Below are positions 30,215 to 39,120 of a stretch of DNA of 56,835 bases, one piece after another. Numbering within the stretch: position 1 is the stretch's first letter; each line of letters starts with the position of its first letter. The stretch is from the NCBI GenBank assembly GCA_025449635.1, contig JANWIZ010000016.1, forward strand, positions 1 to 56,835. The letters run 5' to 3'. Under the pieces are notes generated by a model. That model was given only the letters and a program-made list of their open reading frames with translations, ran no database searches and was not told where the DNA came from. This stretch comes from Patescibacteria group bacterium (GTDB lineage: Bacteria > Patescibacteriota > Microgenomatia > Woykebacterales > RBG-16-39-9b). The translations under genes were made by a program, and so were the position numbers.

Positions 30215-30898
30215 ATGGTTGAAATTGTTCCCGCGATCCTCAGTAAAACAAGGGATGATTATCATCGGAAAATAAAGACAGTTGAGCCTTTGACCGATTG
30301 GGTACAAATAGATATTGTTGATAACCAGTACGCTCGTAATCAGACAATTGATGCTGAGGTTGTCGCTTCAATTAGAACCACATTAAAGCTGGAAATTCAA
30401 TTGATGGTTGAGCATATTGAAAATTGGATAGATCCTTTTGTGAAGCTCAAGCCTGAGCGAATTATTTTCCCATTGGAATCTGCCCGAGACCCTCTCAAGT
30501 TGGTTTATCACATGAAAAACCACGCTATTCCCTTTGGCTTTTCTCTTGAGCCAAAAACACCAGTAGACGACCTACAACATTTTGTTGATAAAATTGACGT
30601 GGCGTTGTTGTTGGCAGTAAATCCTGGTTTCTCTGGTCAGCATTTTGTTTTTGGAGTCTTAGAGAAAATTAGAAAACTTCGAGCAATGCGTCCTGATTTG
30701 TTGATCGAGATTGATGGTGGGATTGATCCGGGGATTGCACGAAAATGTGCAGAGGCTGGGGCGAATATTTTGGCTTCGGGAAGCTATGTATTTGATAATG
30801 ATAAGATAGAAGGAAACTCTTACAACGAGAGGGTGGCTAATTCAATAAGAGTTTTGAAAGAATCAGTGGCAGATGTTATACCAGAAACTTACGCATAA
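30215..30898 (+). CDS. rpe: Ribulose-phosphate 3-epimerase (variant motifs)
   Basis: IVPAIL, QIDIVD, VNPGFSGQ and IEIDGGI. Confidence 0.88.
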   Translation: MVEIVPAILSKTRDDYHRKIKTVEPLTDWVQIDIVDNQYARNQTIDAEVVASIRTTLKLEIQLMVEHIENWIDPFVKLKPERIIFPLESARDPLKLVYHMKNHAIPFGFSLEPKTPVDDLQHFVDKIDVALLLAVNPGFSGQHFVFGVLEKIRKLRAMRPDLLIEIDGGIDPGIARKCAEAGANILASGSYVFDNDKIEGNSYNERVANSIRVLKESVADVIPETYA

Positions 30899-30926
30899 AT
30901 ATTATTTAAGTAGGAGGTAAACAAAA

Positions 30927-31361
30927 ATGAAGAATTTAATAATTGGAATTGTTGTTGTAGCAGTTTTGGCTCTTGGGACATTTTTAGTTATTCAAAGCAA
31001 CAATAATAATGGTGATAAAACTTCGACTGAAAATCAATCCAGTAGTACTTCTAGCGATTCAAATAGCACTGAAAGCGTCAGTGAGCTCACCATAATTTAT
31101 TCAGACAGTGGGTTTTCGCCTCAAAGTGCAATTGTAAAATCTGGCGGGACAATTACTTGGGTAAACGAGAGCAGTGACGAGTTACAAGTAGGGGTAAACC
31201 CACATCCTAGTCATTCTGGAGATAAAGAAATAACTGATGGTCAGTTTGTTCTTTCAATCGCTTCTGGGGAAAAGACAAGTGTTAGAGTCGAGAAAAAAGG
31301 CACTTACAACTATCACAATCATTTATCTTCGCTCGATTCAGGTACTGTAAAGGTTGAATAG
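30927..31361 (+). CDS. Cupredoxin-fold membrane-anchored protein
   Basis: GFSP...VKSGGTITWVN, PHPSH and GTYNYHNHL; TM plus Ser-rich linker. Confidence 0.75.
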   Translation: MKNLIIGIVVVAVLALGTFLVIQSNNNNGDKTSTENQSSSTSSDSNSTESVSELTIIYSDSGFSPQSAIVKSGGTITWVNESSDELQVGVNPHPSHSGDKEITDGQFVLSIASGEKTSVRVEKKGTYNYHNHLSSLDSGTVKVE

Positions 31362-31379
31362 TTTTTTTAATAACTGCCA

Positions 31380-32249
31380 ATGGAAGAAAAGCTGCCAAAA
31401 AACCCAATCTCCGAACAAAAGCTAGCTGAGATAGCTTTAGACATTCGTGAGGATATTATCAAAACCTTAGTCGAAGCAGGTTCTGGTCATAGCGCCGGTC
31501 CGCTGGGAATGGCGGATGTTTTCACAGCGCTGTATTTTCATATTTTAAACATTGATCCACAAAACCCAACTTGGAAAGACCGTGATCGACTCGTACTTTC
31601 CAATGGTCATATCGCTCCAGTTTGGTATGTCACACTCGCCAACGCTGGTTTTTTTCCAAAGGAAGAACTTTTAACACTTCGAAAAATTAATTCTCGCTTG
31701 CAAGGACACCCGCACTTTGGTTCTCTTCCTGGAATTGAAAATACTGGTGGACCGTTGGGTCAGGGTCTCTCGCAAGCGATTGGGATGGCGTTGGCTGCCC
31801 AAATGAATCATCAGAAATATCAAATATATTGTTTGATGAGTGATGGTGAGCATGATGAGGGTCAGGTTTGGGAAGCAGTACTTTTTGCTGGTAAATACAA
31901 AATGCACAATATAACTGCCATTATGGATCGAAATAATATTCAAATCGATGGTATGACCGAAAATATTATGCCACTCGAGCCAATCAAAGATAAATATGAG
32001 GCTTTCAATTGGCATGTGATCGAAGTTGACGGTCACAATTTCGAAGAAATTATTGATGCCTGTAACATGGCCAAAGCAATTTACGAAAAGCCAGTCATGA
32101 TCATTGCCCACACGATTCCAGGTAAAGGTGTCGATTTTATGGAGTTTGACTACAAATGGCACGGCAAACCACCAAAACCTGACGAAGCCAAACTGGCTTT
32201 GAAAGAATTAAGGAGTTTAAAGGGAAGGATTATCGGAGAACATGAATAA
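31380..32249 (+). CDS. tkt: Transketolase, N-terminal subunit
   Basis: GSGH, RDRLVLSNGH, LQGHP and SDGEHDEG. Confidence 0.95.
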   Translation: MEEKLPKNPISEQKLAEIALDIREDIIKTLVEAGSGHSAGPLGMADVFTALYFHILNIDPQNPTWKDRDRLVLSNGHIAPVWYVTLANAGFFPKEELLTLRKINSRLQGHPHFGSLPGIENTGGPLGQGLSQAIGMALAAQMNHQKYQIYCLMSDGEHDEGQVWEAVLFAGKYKMHNITAIMDRNNIQIDGMTENIMPLEPIKDKYEAFNWHVIEVDGHNFEEIIDACNMAKAIYEKPVMIIAHTIPGKGVDFMEFDYKWHGKPPKPDEAKLALKELRSLKGRIIGEHE

Positions 32250-33213
32250 TCTTAATCCAAAACTTTTTGACAAAGATGTGCAGACGGCTGGGACCAGAGA
32301 TGGTTATGGTCAGGCGCTGCTGGAACTTGGTGAGAAAAATCACGATATTGTTGTCCTGACAGCTGACTTGGCGGAATCTACCAGAGTCGAAGAGTTTGGT
32401 AAGAAGTTTCCAGAAAGATTTATTGAGTGTGGAGTCGCTGAACAAAATATGATGGGAATTGCTGCTGGACTGGCTTTGGGAGGGAAAATCCCTTTTGTTT
32501 CCAGCTATGCGGTTTTCTCTCCTGGACGAAGTTGGGATCAGTTGCGAGTCAGTGTTTGCTACACAGAAGCCAATGTAAAGGTTGCAGGAGCCCATACAGG
32601 TATCTCTGTCGGACCAGACGGAGCGACTCATCAAGCGCTTGAAGATATTGCTATCGTTCGTGTGTTACCGAACATTGTCGTTGAAGTTCCCTGTGACGCG
32701 ATCGAAGCTAAGAAAACTACACTGGCAGCAGCAGCTCACAAAGGTCCGTTTTACTTTCGTTTCGGAAGGGAAAAAACCCCGATCATTACAACGGACGACG
32801 CTCCTTTTGAGGTTGGTAAGGCCCAAGTTTTGAAAGACGGCGATGACGCAACAATAGTTGCTTGCGGTCCACTCGTTTACCAATCATTACTTGCAGCTAA
32901 GCAATTGGAAGATAAAGGGATCAATGTTAGAGTTATCAATAATCACACGATCAAGCCGATCGATACTCTGACACTAGCCAAAGCCGCCAAAGAAACCGGT
33001 GCGATCGTGACTGTGGAAGAGCATCAAATCACTGGAGGCTTGGGCGGAGCAGTGGCCGAAGCACTAGTGAAAAACTACCCAGTTCCGATGGAGTTTATCG
33101 GCGTTCAAGATACGTTCGGTGAAAGCGGCAATACAGATGAATTGTATGAGAAATACGGTATGAGTACCGATGCAATTTACAAAGCTGTTCAGGATGTAAT
33201 TAGGAGAAAATGA
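32242..33213 (+). CDS. tkt: Transketolase, C-terminal subunit
   Basis: GVAEQNMM, GPDGATHQ and TVEEH. Confidence 0.95.
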   Translation: MNNLNPKLFDKDVQTAGTRDGYGQALLELGEKNHDIVVLTADLAESTRVEEFGKKFPERFIECGVAEQNMMGIAAGLALGGKIPFVSSYAVFSPGRSWDQLRVSVCYTEANVKVAGAHTGISVGPDGATHQALEDIAIVRVLPNIVVEVPCDAIEAKKTTLAAAAHKGPFYFRFGREKTPIITTDDAPFEVGKAQVLKDGDDATIVACGPLVYQSLLAAKQLEDKGINVRVINNHTIKPIDTLTLAKAAKETGAIVTVEEHQITGGLGGAVAEALVKNYPVPMEFIGVQDTFGESGNTDELYEKYGMSTDAIYKAVQDVIRRK

Positions 33214-33494
33214 GCAACAAAAAAATTGAAAATACTTCAAGAAAAGGTAATTTAATTAGATTATTAATTATTAATTGTTTATTCTTACTATTCGTGATTC
33301 TACTAGGTAGTTATTGTGGCTTTGATGCAAGTGGAGAGTCTTGCAATCGAATAGAAAGATTCATAATGTACCTATTGGCTGCAATTGTGATACTTATAGT
33401 AAGCTACAAGTACGATCACGGAAAATATTTTAAAATAGGGGTTTTAATAGATTGTTTAACAATAGTCTTTGTAATAATTTATTTTTTTGGTTAG
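33210..33494 (+). CDS. Small AT-rich membrane protein
   Basis: Three hydrophobic segments; ATGA overlap with tkt. Confidence 0.6.
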   Translation: MSNKKIENTSRKGNLIRLLIINCLFLLFVILLGSYCGFDASGESCNRIERFIMYLLAAIVILIVSYKYDHGKYFKIGVLIDCLTIVFVIIYFFG

Positions 33495-33500
33495 TAAATA

Positions 33501-34367
33501 ATGACTGCCAGAGATTGGTTAGAAAAAGCTAAAAAAGAGGGTTTTGCGATTCCTGCCCTTAACGCGGGAACTTTGGAAGTTCTCAAAGCAATTGTGGCTG
33601 CTGCGGTCGAAGCTCGTAGCCCAGTTATCATTGAAACTGCTACTGGTGAGACAAAGTGGATGGAAGCGGAAAATATTTTCTGCCTGTGTCGAAATTTTGC
33701 TGATAAATACAAAATTCCAATCATTATCAATCTTGACCATGCATATACTTACGAAGATACCCGTCCAGGAATCGAAGCTGGTTTTGACCTGATCCACTTT
33801 GATGGCTCCAAACTTCCTTACGAAGAAAATGTTGCCATTGCGAAAAAAATCGTTCCAGAGTGCCATGATCAAGGACAACTAGTTGAGGGAGAAATGGATC
33901 GAATCCCTGGTGAGGGTTCTGAGCTTCACGCTGAAGGTAGCATTGACGCATCAATTATAGAAAAAGGAAAAACCGTTCCAGAAAAAGCCGCTAAATTTGT
34001 AGAAGAAACAAAGATCGATATTTTTGCTTCGTTTTTTGGTAATGTTCATGGTATTACGGCTGGTTACACACCAAAACTAGATATCGAACTACTTCACAAA
34101 ATTCAGCAAGCACTACCAAATACATTTTTATCAATGCATGGCTCTTCCGGAACCCCAGAAGACCAGGTTCGTGCTGCTGTATCTGCTGAGGTGGTCAAGG
34201 TCAATGTAAATACAGAATTGCGCTTAGCGTACCGAAAATCACTCGAGCAAGCTTTGTCCGAACGAAAAGAATTAGCTCCGTATAAATTTTTCCCTCAAGT
34301 TGTCGAAGCGGTAAAGAAAGAGGCCCTGCGTTGGATTGATCTCTGTGGATCAGGAGGAAAAGTCTAA
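33501..34367 (+). CDS. fba: Class II fructose-bisphosphate aldolase
   Basis: NLDH, FDGS, GNVHG, HGSSG and KVNVNT. Confidence 0.92.
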   Translation: MTARDWLEKAKKEGFAIPALNAGTLEVLKAIVAAAVEARSPVIIETATGETKWMEAENIFCLCRNFADKYKIPIIINLDHAYTYEDTRPGIEAGFDLIHFDGSKLPYEENVAIAKKIVPECHDQGQLVEGEMDRIPGEGSELHAEGSIDASIIEKGKTVPEKAAKFVEETKIDIFASFFGNVHGITAGYTPKLDIELLHKIQQALPNTFLSMHGSSGTPEDQVRAAVSAEVVKVNVNTELRLAYRKSLEQALSERKELAPYKFFPQVVEAVKKEALRWIDLCGSGGKV

Positions 34368-35354
34368 ATGTACGACATTATTTCAGTGGGAGACGCAACA
34401 ATCGATGTTTTTATCAAGATTAACGACGCCCATGTCCAATGTACGATCAACAAGGAAATCTGTGAGCTTTGTATCAAGTATGGTGACAAGATTGCTGTCG
34501 AGGAAATGCAAAATTTGGTTGCTGGAAATGCTGCTAACAACGCTGTTGGTTCTTCTCGTCTCGGGATGAAAACTGCAATCTATATGAATGTTGGGGCGGA
34601 TGATTCAGGTTTTCGGATTAAAAAGAAGTTGGTTGAGGAAAAGGTTGATCCAAGCTACATCAAGGTCAACGAAGGTATGGAGTCAAACTATTCTGTTGTA
34701 CTGCGGTTTCAAGGAGAACGAAGTATTTTTGTTTACCACCAACAGTGGAAGTATGAATTGCCAAAAATGGAACCAACCAAATGGGTCTACTACACTAGTG
34801 CTTCCTCTAGCTTTACCAACGGAACTTTTTCTCAGGATTTAGCCAATTATGTTAAAGTAACTGGGGCTAAGATGGGCTATAATCCAGGGACTTATCAGAT
34901 GAAAGCCGGGGTTAAGAATTTCCCAGAAATATTGGCAGTCACAGAAGCGTTTTTCGTCAATGTGGAAGAGGCCAAAAGAATTTTGGGAATTCCAGAAGAT
35001 ACGGCGATGGACATCAAAGAATTATTAAAAAAGACTCGAGATGATCTTGGCTTGAAAACTGTTGTTATCACTGACGGTAGAGAAGGTTCGTATAGCTTTG
35101 ATGGCAATGACTATTGGAAACTTCCAGAATTTCCTGGAGAAAGAGTTGAGGCAACTGGTGCTGGCGATTCCTATGCAACAGCAGTTTGCTCAGCCTTGTT
35201 TCATGGAGAAAATTTGGCTGAAGCGATGGTCTGGGGAGGCATAAATAGCGCCAGTGTTGTCGGACAGATTGGACCACAAGCTGGTCTTTTAACACTTGAG
35301 GAAATAAAAAACCGACGAGAGAGTAAACCTGACTTTAAGGCAGAAAAAATATGA
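34368..35354 (+). CDS. PfkB family carbohydrate kinase
   Basis: GNAANNAVG, NVEEA and ATGAGDSY. Confidence 0.9.
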   Translation: MYDIISVGDATIDVFIKINDAHVQCTINKEICELCIKYGDKIAVEEMQNLVAGNAANNAVGSSRLGMKTAIYMNVGADDSGFRIKKKLVEEKVDPSYIKVNEGMESNYSVVLRFQGERSIFVYHQQWKYELPKMEPTKWVYYTSASSSFTNGTFSQDLANYVKVTGAKMGYNPGTYQMKAGVKNFPEILAVTEAFFVNVEEAKRILGIPEDTAMDIKELLKKTRDDLGLKTVVITDGREGSYSFDGNDYWKLPEFPGERVEATGAGDSYATAVCSALFHGENLAEAMVWGGINSASVVGQIGPQAGLLTLEEIKNRRESKPDFKAEKI

Positions 35355-35602
35355 CTAAAGTTAAAATTTATAGCACGCAAACCTGCCCCTTTTGTAAAAT
35401 GCAAAAAGAATATCTTGATGGAAGAGGAGTAAAGTACGAAACTATTTTAGTCGATCAAGATATAAAAGCAGCTGAAGAGCTAATGAATCTTGAAGGTGGT
35501 ATGGGAGTTCCGTTCACAGTTTTCACAAAAGAAGACGGTAAAAAAGAATCAGTTTTGGGTTTTGATAAAAAGGAAATCAACAGAATTTTGGAAATAGATT
35601 AA
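35351..35602 (+). CDS. Glutaredoxin/NrdH-like protein
   Basis: CPFC and GVP. Confidence 0.9.
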   Translation: MTKVKIYSTQTCPFCKMQKEYLDGRGVKYETILVDQDIKAAEELMNLEGGMGVPFTVFTKEDGKKESVLGFDKKEINRILEID

Positions 35603-35612
35603 AATAGTTGCT

Positions 35613-36245
35613 ATGGAAAATGAAAATTTAGCTCAAATGAGCAAAAAAGACAAAAAAGAATATCTAAAAGCGTTAAAGCAAAAGCAGGGAATTGGTAGTC
35701 AAAAGGTTCGAATTCTTATTAGTCTTTTGATCGGAGGTGCTATTTTGGCCGCAGTTGGAGGGCTTTATCTTCTCTCAGGACAGAAGCAAAGCAATACCAA
35801 AGATATTGGCTCTTCCATTACAGTAGATCCAAAAAGCGGACGTCAGCATATTGATCTTGGAATCAAAGGTTCAGGTTATACTTCCAACCCACCGACATCA
35901 GGACCACACTACAACGCTGCTGGTTTTGGACCGCTAGAATGTAAGGCCTATGATAACGAGGTTGCTGATGAGGGTGCGATTCACAACCTTGAACACGGGG
36001 GTATTTGGATCACTTACAAGGACAAAAGCAACTTGGAGCTAAAGTCCCAGCTTGAAGATATTGGCAAAAATAATACAAAGATTGTTGTTTCTCCTAGAGC
36101 TTTGAATGATAGCAATATAGCAGTTGCAGCTTGGAGTAGATTGTTAAAACTGGAAACTTTTGACAAAAACCAAATAGAAGATTTCATTAAACTATACAAG
36201 AACAGTCCGGTCGCGCCAGAGCCTCTTGCCGGTTGTGGAACATAA
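35613..36245 (+). CDS. DUF3105 protein
   Basis: YTSNPPTSGPHY, HNLEHG and AAW. Confidence 0.88.
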   Translation: MENENLAQMSKKDKKEYLKALKQKQGIGSQKVRILISLLIGGAILAAVGGLYLLSGQKQSNTKDIGSSITVDPKSGRQHIDLGIKGSGYTSNPPTSGPHYNAAGFGPLECKAYDNEVADEGAIHNLEHGGIWITYKDKSNLELKSQLEDIGKNNTKIVVSPRALNDSNIAVAAWSRLLKLETFDKNQIEDFIKLYKNSPVAPEPLAGCGT

Positions 36246-36254
36246 CACAAATAC

Positions 36255-37331
36255 ATGATAGATCTTGATAACACACAAGAATTAGAAAATCTTGATCCAG
36301 GAAAAGTTGCCGAGTCAATACAAGCCTTTCCTGATCAGGTAAAACAAGCCTGGAAAGATGTTAGTGAAATTGATATTCCAGCCGAATATTCAAATACCAA
36401 AAATATTGTAGTTTCTGGTATGGGAGGATCGACTTTAGGAGTTGATATATTAAGAAATCTTTTTAAAGATAGTCTTACCATTCCGTTTGTGATTAATAAT
36501 CATTACAAACTTCCTGCTTTTGTAAATCAAGATTCTCTAGTTTTGTTATTGAGCTACTCTGGCAGTACCGAAGAAGTTTTAGCTGCTGCCGAAGACGCAA
36601 AAGCAAGAAATGCAAAGATTATTGGAATTGCAGAAGGTCAGGACCTAGGTAATTTTCTAGCAGAAAATAAATTCCCAGCCTACGTGTTTAGACCGCAAGC
36701 AAATCCATCAAACCAACCTCGTTTAGGGTTAGGTTACACTTTTGTCGGTGCATTAGCTTTTTTGGTTAAACTCGGTTTTTTGAAGATTGATCAAGATGAA
36801 ATAAATAATGCGATAAATTTTCTTGAAGAGATTTCCAAAGGATTAGTATTGGAAGCCTTTAAAAATACGAATCAGGCAAAACAAATTGCCGAAAAGCTGA
36901 TCGATAAACAAGTTTTGATCGTTGGAGCAGAGCACTTAACTGGAAACGCTCATGTTTTTGCTAATCAGGCAAATGAAAACTCAAAAAACCTAGCAGCCTA
37001 TTTTGTAATCCCAGAGTTGAACCACCACTTGCTGGAGGGTTTGGAAAAACCAGAAAAAATTAGAGACAATCTCATTTTTGTTTTTCTAGATTCAAATCTC
37101 TACAGTGACAAAATTCAAAAGAGAGTGGTTGTAACCAAAGAAGTTCTTTCTGAGCAAAAAATTGCAAATGTGGGCATTACTTTACGTGGAGCAACCAAAT
37201 TTGCTCAAACCCTTGAAAGTGTAGTTTTGTCGAGTTGGATTACGTTTTACCTAGGAGCTTTAAATGGAGTTGATGTTTCAAAGATTCCTTGGGTGGACTA
37301 TTTCAAGAAACGATTAGCAGAAAACAACTAA
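36255..37331 (+). CDS. Bifunctional phosphoglucose/phosphomannose isomerase (SIS)
   Basis: GMGGS, SYSGSTEE, QPR, NENSK and PELNHH. Confidence 0.9.
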   Translation: MIDLDNTQELENLDPGKVAESIQAFPDQVKQAWKDVSEIDIPAEYSNTKNIVVSGMGGSTLGVDILRNLFKDSLTIPFVINNHYKLPAFVNQDSLVLLLSYSGSTEEVLAAAEDAKARNAKIIGIAEGQDLGNFLAENKFPAYVFRPQANPSNQPRLGLGYTFVGALAFLVKLGFLKIDQDEINNAINFLEEISKGLVLEAFKNTNQAKQIAEKLIDKQVLIVGAEHLTGNAHVFANQANENSKNLAAYFVIPELNHHLLEGLEKPEKIRDNLIFVFLDSNLYSDKIQKRVVVTKEVLSEQKIANVGITLRGATKFAQTLESVVLSSWITFYLGALNGVDVSKIPWVDYFKKRLAENN

Positions 37332-37376
37332 GAATATATTTGAATAATTATTCAACTATGTTAGTATTGATTAATC

Positions 37377-38318
37377 ATGGAAAATAAAGAAACTCACGAT
37401 GTTATCATTGCCGGTTCCGGACCAGCCGGTCTTACAGCTGCGATTTATGCAGCTCGGTCGAACCTTAAGGTTTTGGTAGTTTCTGGCGTTGAGGCTGGAG
37501 GACAGTTGATTTGGACTACAGATGTAGAAGATTACCCTGGTTTTCCCGACGGAGTACAAGGTCCTGAATTGGTTGAATTATTTCGAAAACAGGCAGAAAG
37601 ATTGGGCGCAAAATTTGTGGCCAGTGATATTTCCGAAGTTAATTTAACGCAACGTCCTTTCGAAGTAAAAATAGGGCAAGATTCTTATTTTGGGAAAACT
37701 TTAATTTTGGCAACCGGATCTTCGGCCAGTTGGTTAGGTTTGGAGTCGGAGCAACGGTTGCGAGGAAAAGGCGTGTCTGCTTGTGCAGTTTGTGACGGTG
37801 CATTTTTCAAAGGAGTTGAGTTGGTTGTTGTAGGCGGAGGAGACAGTGCGCTTCGCGAGGCAATCTTTTTGACAAAATTTGCGACAAAGGTCTATGTAGT
37901 ACATCGTCGAGACTCGCTGAGAGCATTTAAGGCTTTGCAGGACAGAGCATTTGCTAACGAGAAAATCGAATTTATTTGGAATAGCGAAATAGTTGAAGTA
38001 TTGGGAGAGAATAAAGTTGAGGGTGTCAGAATCAAAAATAACCAAACTCAAGAAGAAAAAACCTTAAATGTCGGTGGATTATTTGTTGCTATTGGACACA
38101 AGCCAAATACAGCTTTTCTAAAGGGACAAATTGAGTTGGATAAATCAGGTTATATAGTTCTTAAAGAAGAAAGTAAAACTAGTGTACCAGGGGTTTTTGC
38201 CGCTGGAGATGTTCATGATTGGAAGTACCAACAAGCAGTGACTGCAGCTGGTTCGGGCTGTATGGCAGCACTTGAAGTTGAGGATTTTCTCGAAGAGGAA
38301 AAGACTAGAGAGAAATAA
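37377..38318 (+). CDS. trxB: Thioredoxin reductase
   Basis: GSGPAG, CAVCDG, GGGDSA and VFAAGD. Confidence 0.97.
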   Translation: MENKETHDVIIAGSGPAGLTAAIYAARSNLKVLVVSGVEAGGQLIWTTDVEDYPGFPDGVQGPELVELFRKQAERLGAKFVASDISEVNLTQRPFEVKIGQDSYFGKTLILATGSSASWLGLESEQRLRGKGVSACAVCDGAFFKGVELVVVGGGDSALREAIFLTKFATKVYVVHRRDSLRAFKALQDRAFANEKIEFIWNSEIVEVLGENKVEGVRIKNNQTQEEKTLNVGGLFVAIGHKPNTAFLKGQIELDKSGYIVLKEESKTSVPGVFAAGDVHDWKYQQAVTAAGSGCMAALEVEDFLEEEKTREK

Positions 38319-38323
38319 TTTTC

Positions 38324-38416
38324 GCACAAAATATACAGCGTTAGTGTCACTTGTTAGACTATTGACAGGGTCAATATCTAGGTGTTAGCATTTAATTAAT
38401 ACCCAATATATTGTGC
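38324..38416 (+). promoter_or_regulatory. nrdR-nrdJ promoter with NrdR-box-like sites
   Basis: TTGACA at 38362 with -10-like TAGCAT. Boxes ACCCAATATATTGTG (38401), GTCAATATCTAGGTG (~38370) and ACAAAATATACAGCG (~38326) resemble the consensus acaCwAtATaTwGtg. Confidence 0.7.
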
Positions 38417-38608
38417 TTTTGACTTTCCACACGTGAAACGTACACCACCAAAAAAGTGGTTCCGAGACCCATTCACAACAAAGCACAAAGTATTGGATAA
38501 GTTCTTTTTAATTTCTGAGATTTCAGCCAGCTTAAGGACAGGAAGCTAGTTTAGAAAAATAGCGTGATTTTTTGCGGCCAATTTTTGGAAGCAATAAAAG
38601 TTGTAAAT

Positions 38609-39076
38609 ATGAAATGTCCATATTGTAATTACTACGATACATCAGTTCTAGACTCAAGGGATTCTGAGGATTTAGGCTCTATTCGCCGCCGCAGAGAGTG
38701 TATGAAGTGCGAAAAAAGATTCACAACTTATGAGCGGGTTGATATGGTTGACATGATTGTTATGAAGAAGGACGGAAGAAGAGAGCAATTTGACAAGAAA
38801 AAGCTAATGACAGGAATGCTTAAAGCAACTGAAAAAAGACCCGTAACAATGGATCAAATTGAGAAAGCAGTTGATGAAATAGAAAGAGAGTTACGTAAAC
38901 GGGATAGTATCGAGATACCTTCAAAGATAATGGGTGAATTTGTGATGAATAAACTCAAAAAACTAGATGAAGTCGCGTACATCCGTTTTGCTAGTGTCTA
39001 TCGATCTTTTGATGATCTAGAGACTTTCGAAAAAGAAGTCAAGAGTTTATTAAAAAATAAGGGTCAGGTAAGTTAA
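38609..39076 (+). CDS. nrdR: Transcriptional repressor NrdR
   Basis: MKCPYC, VLDSR, RRRREC..C..RFTTYE, ATP cone and AYIRFASVY. Confidence 0.97.
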   Translation: MKCPYCNYYDTSVLDSRDSEDLGSIRRRRECMKCEKRFTTYERVDMVDMIVMKKDGRREQFDKKKLMTGMLKATEKRPVTMDQIEKAVDEIERELRKRDSIEIPSKIMGEFVMNKLKKLDEVAYIRFASVYRSFDDLETFEKEVKSLLKNKGQVS

Positions 39077-39120
39077 AGTTAATTGATTATTATTTTTAGT
39101 ATTTAAGGAGGACCTGCTCG

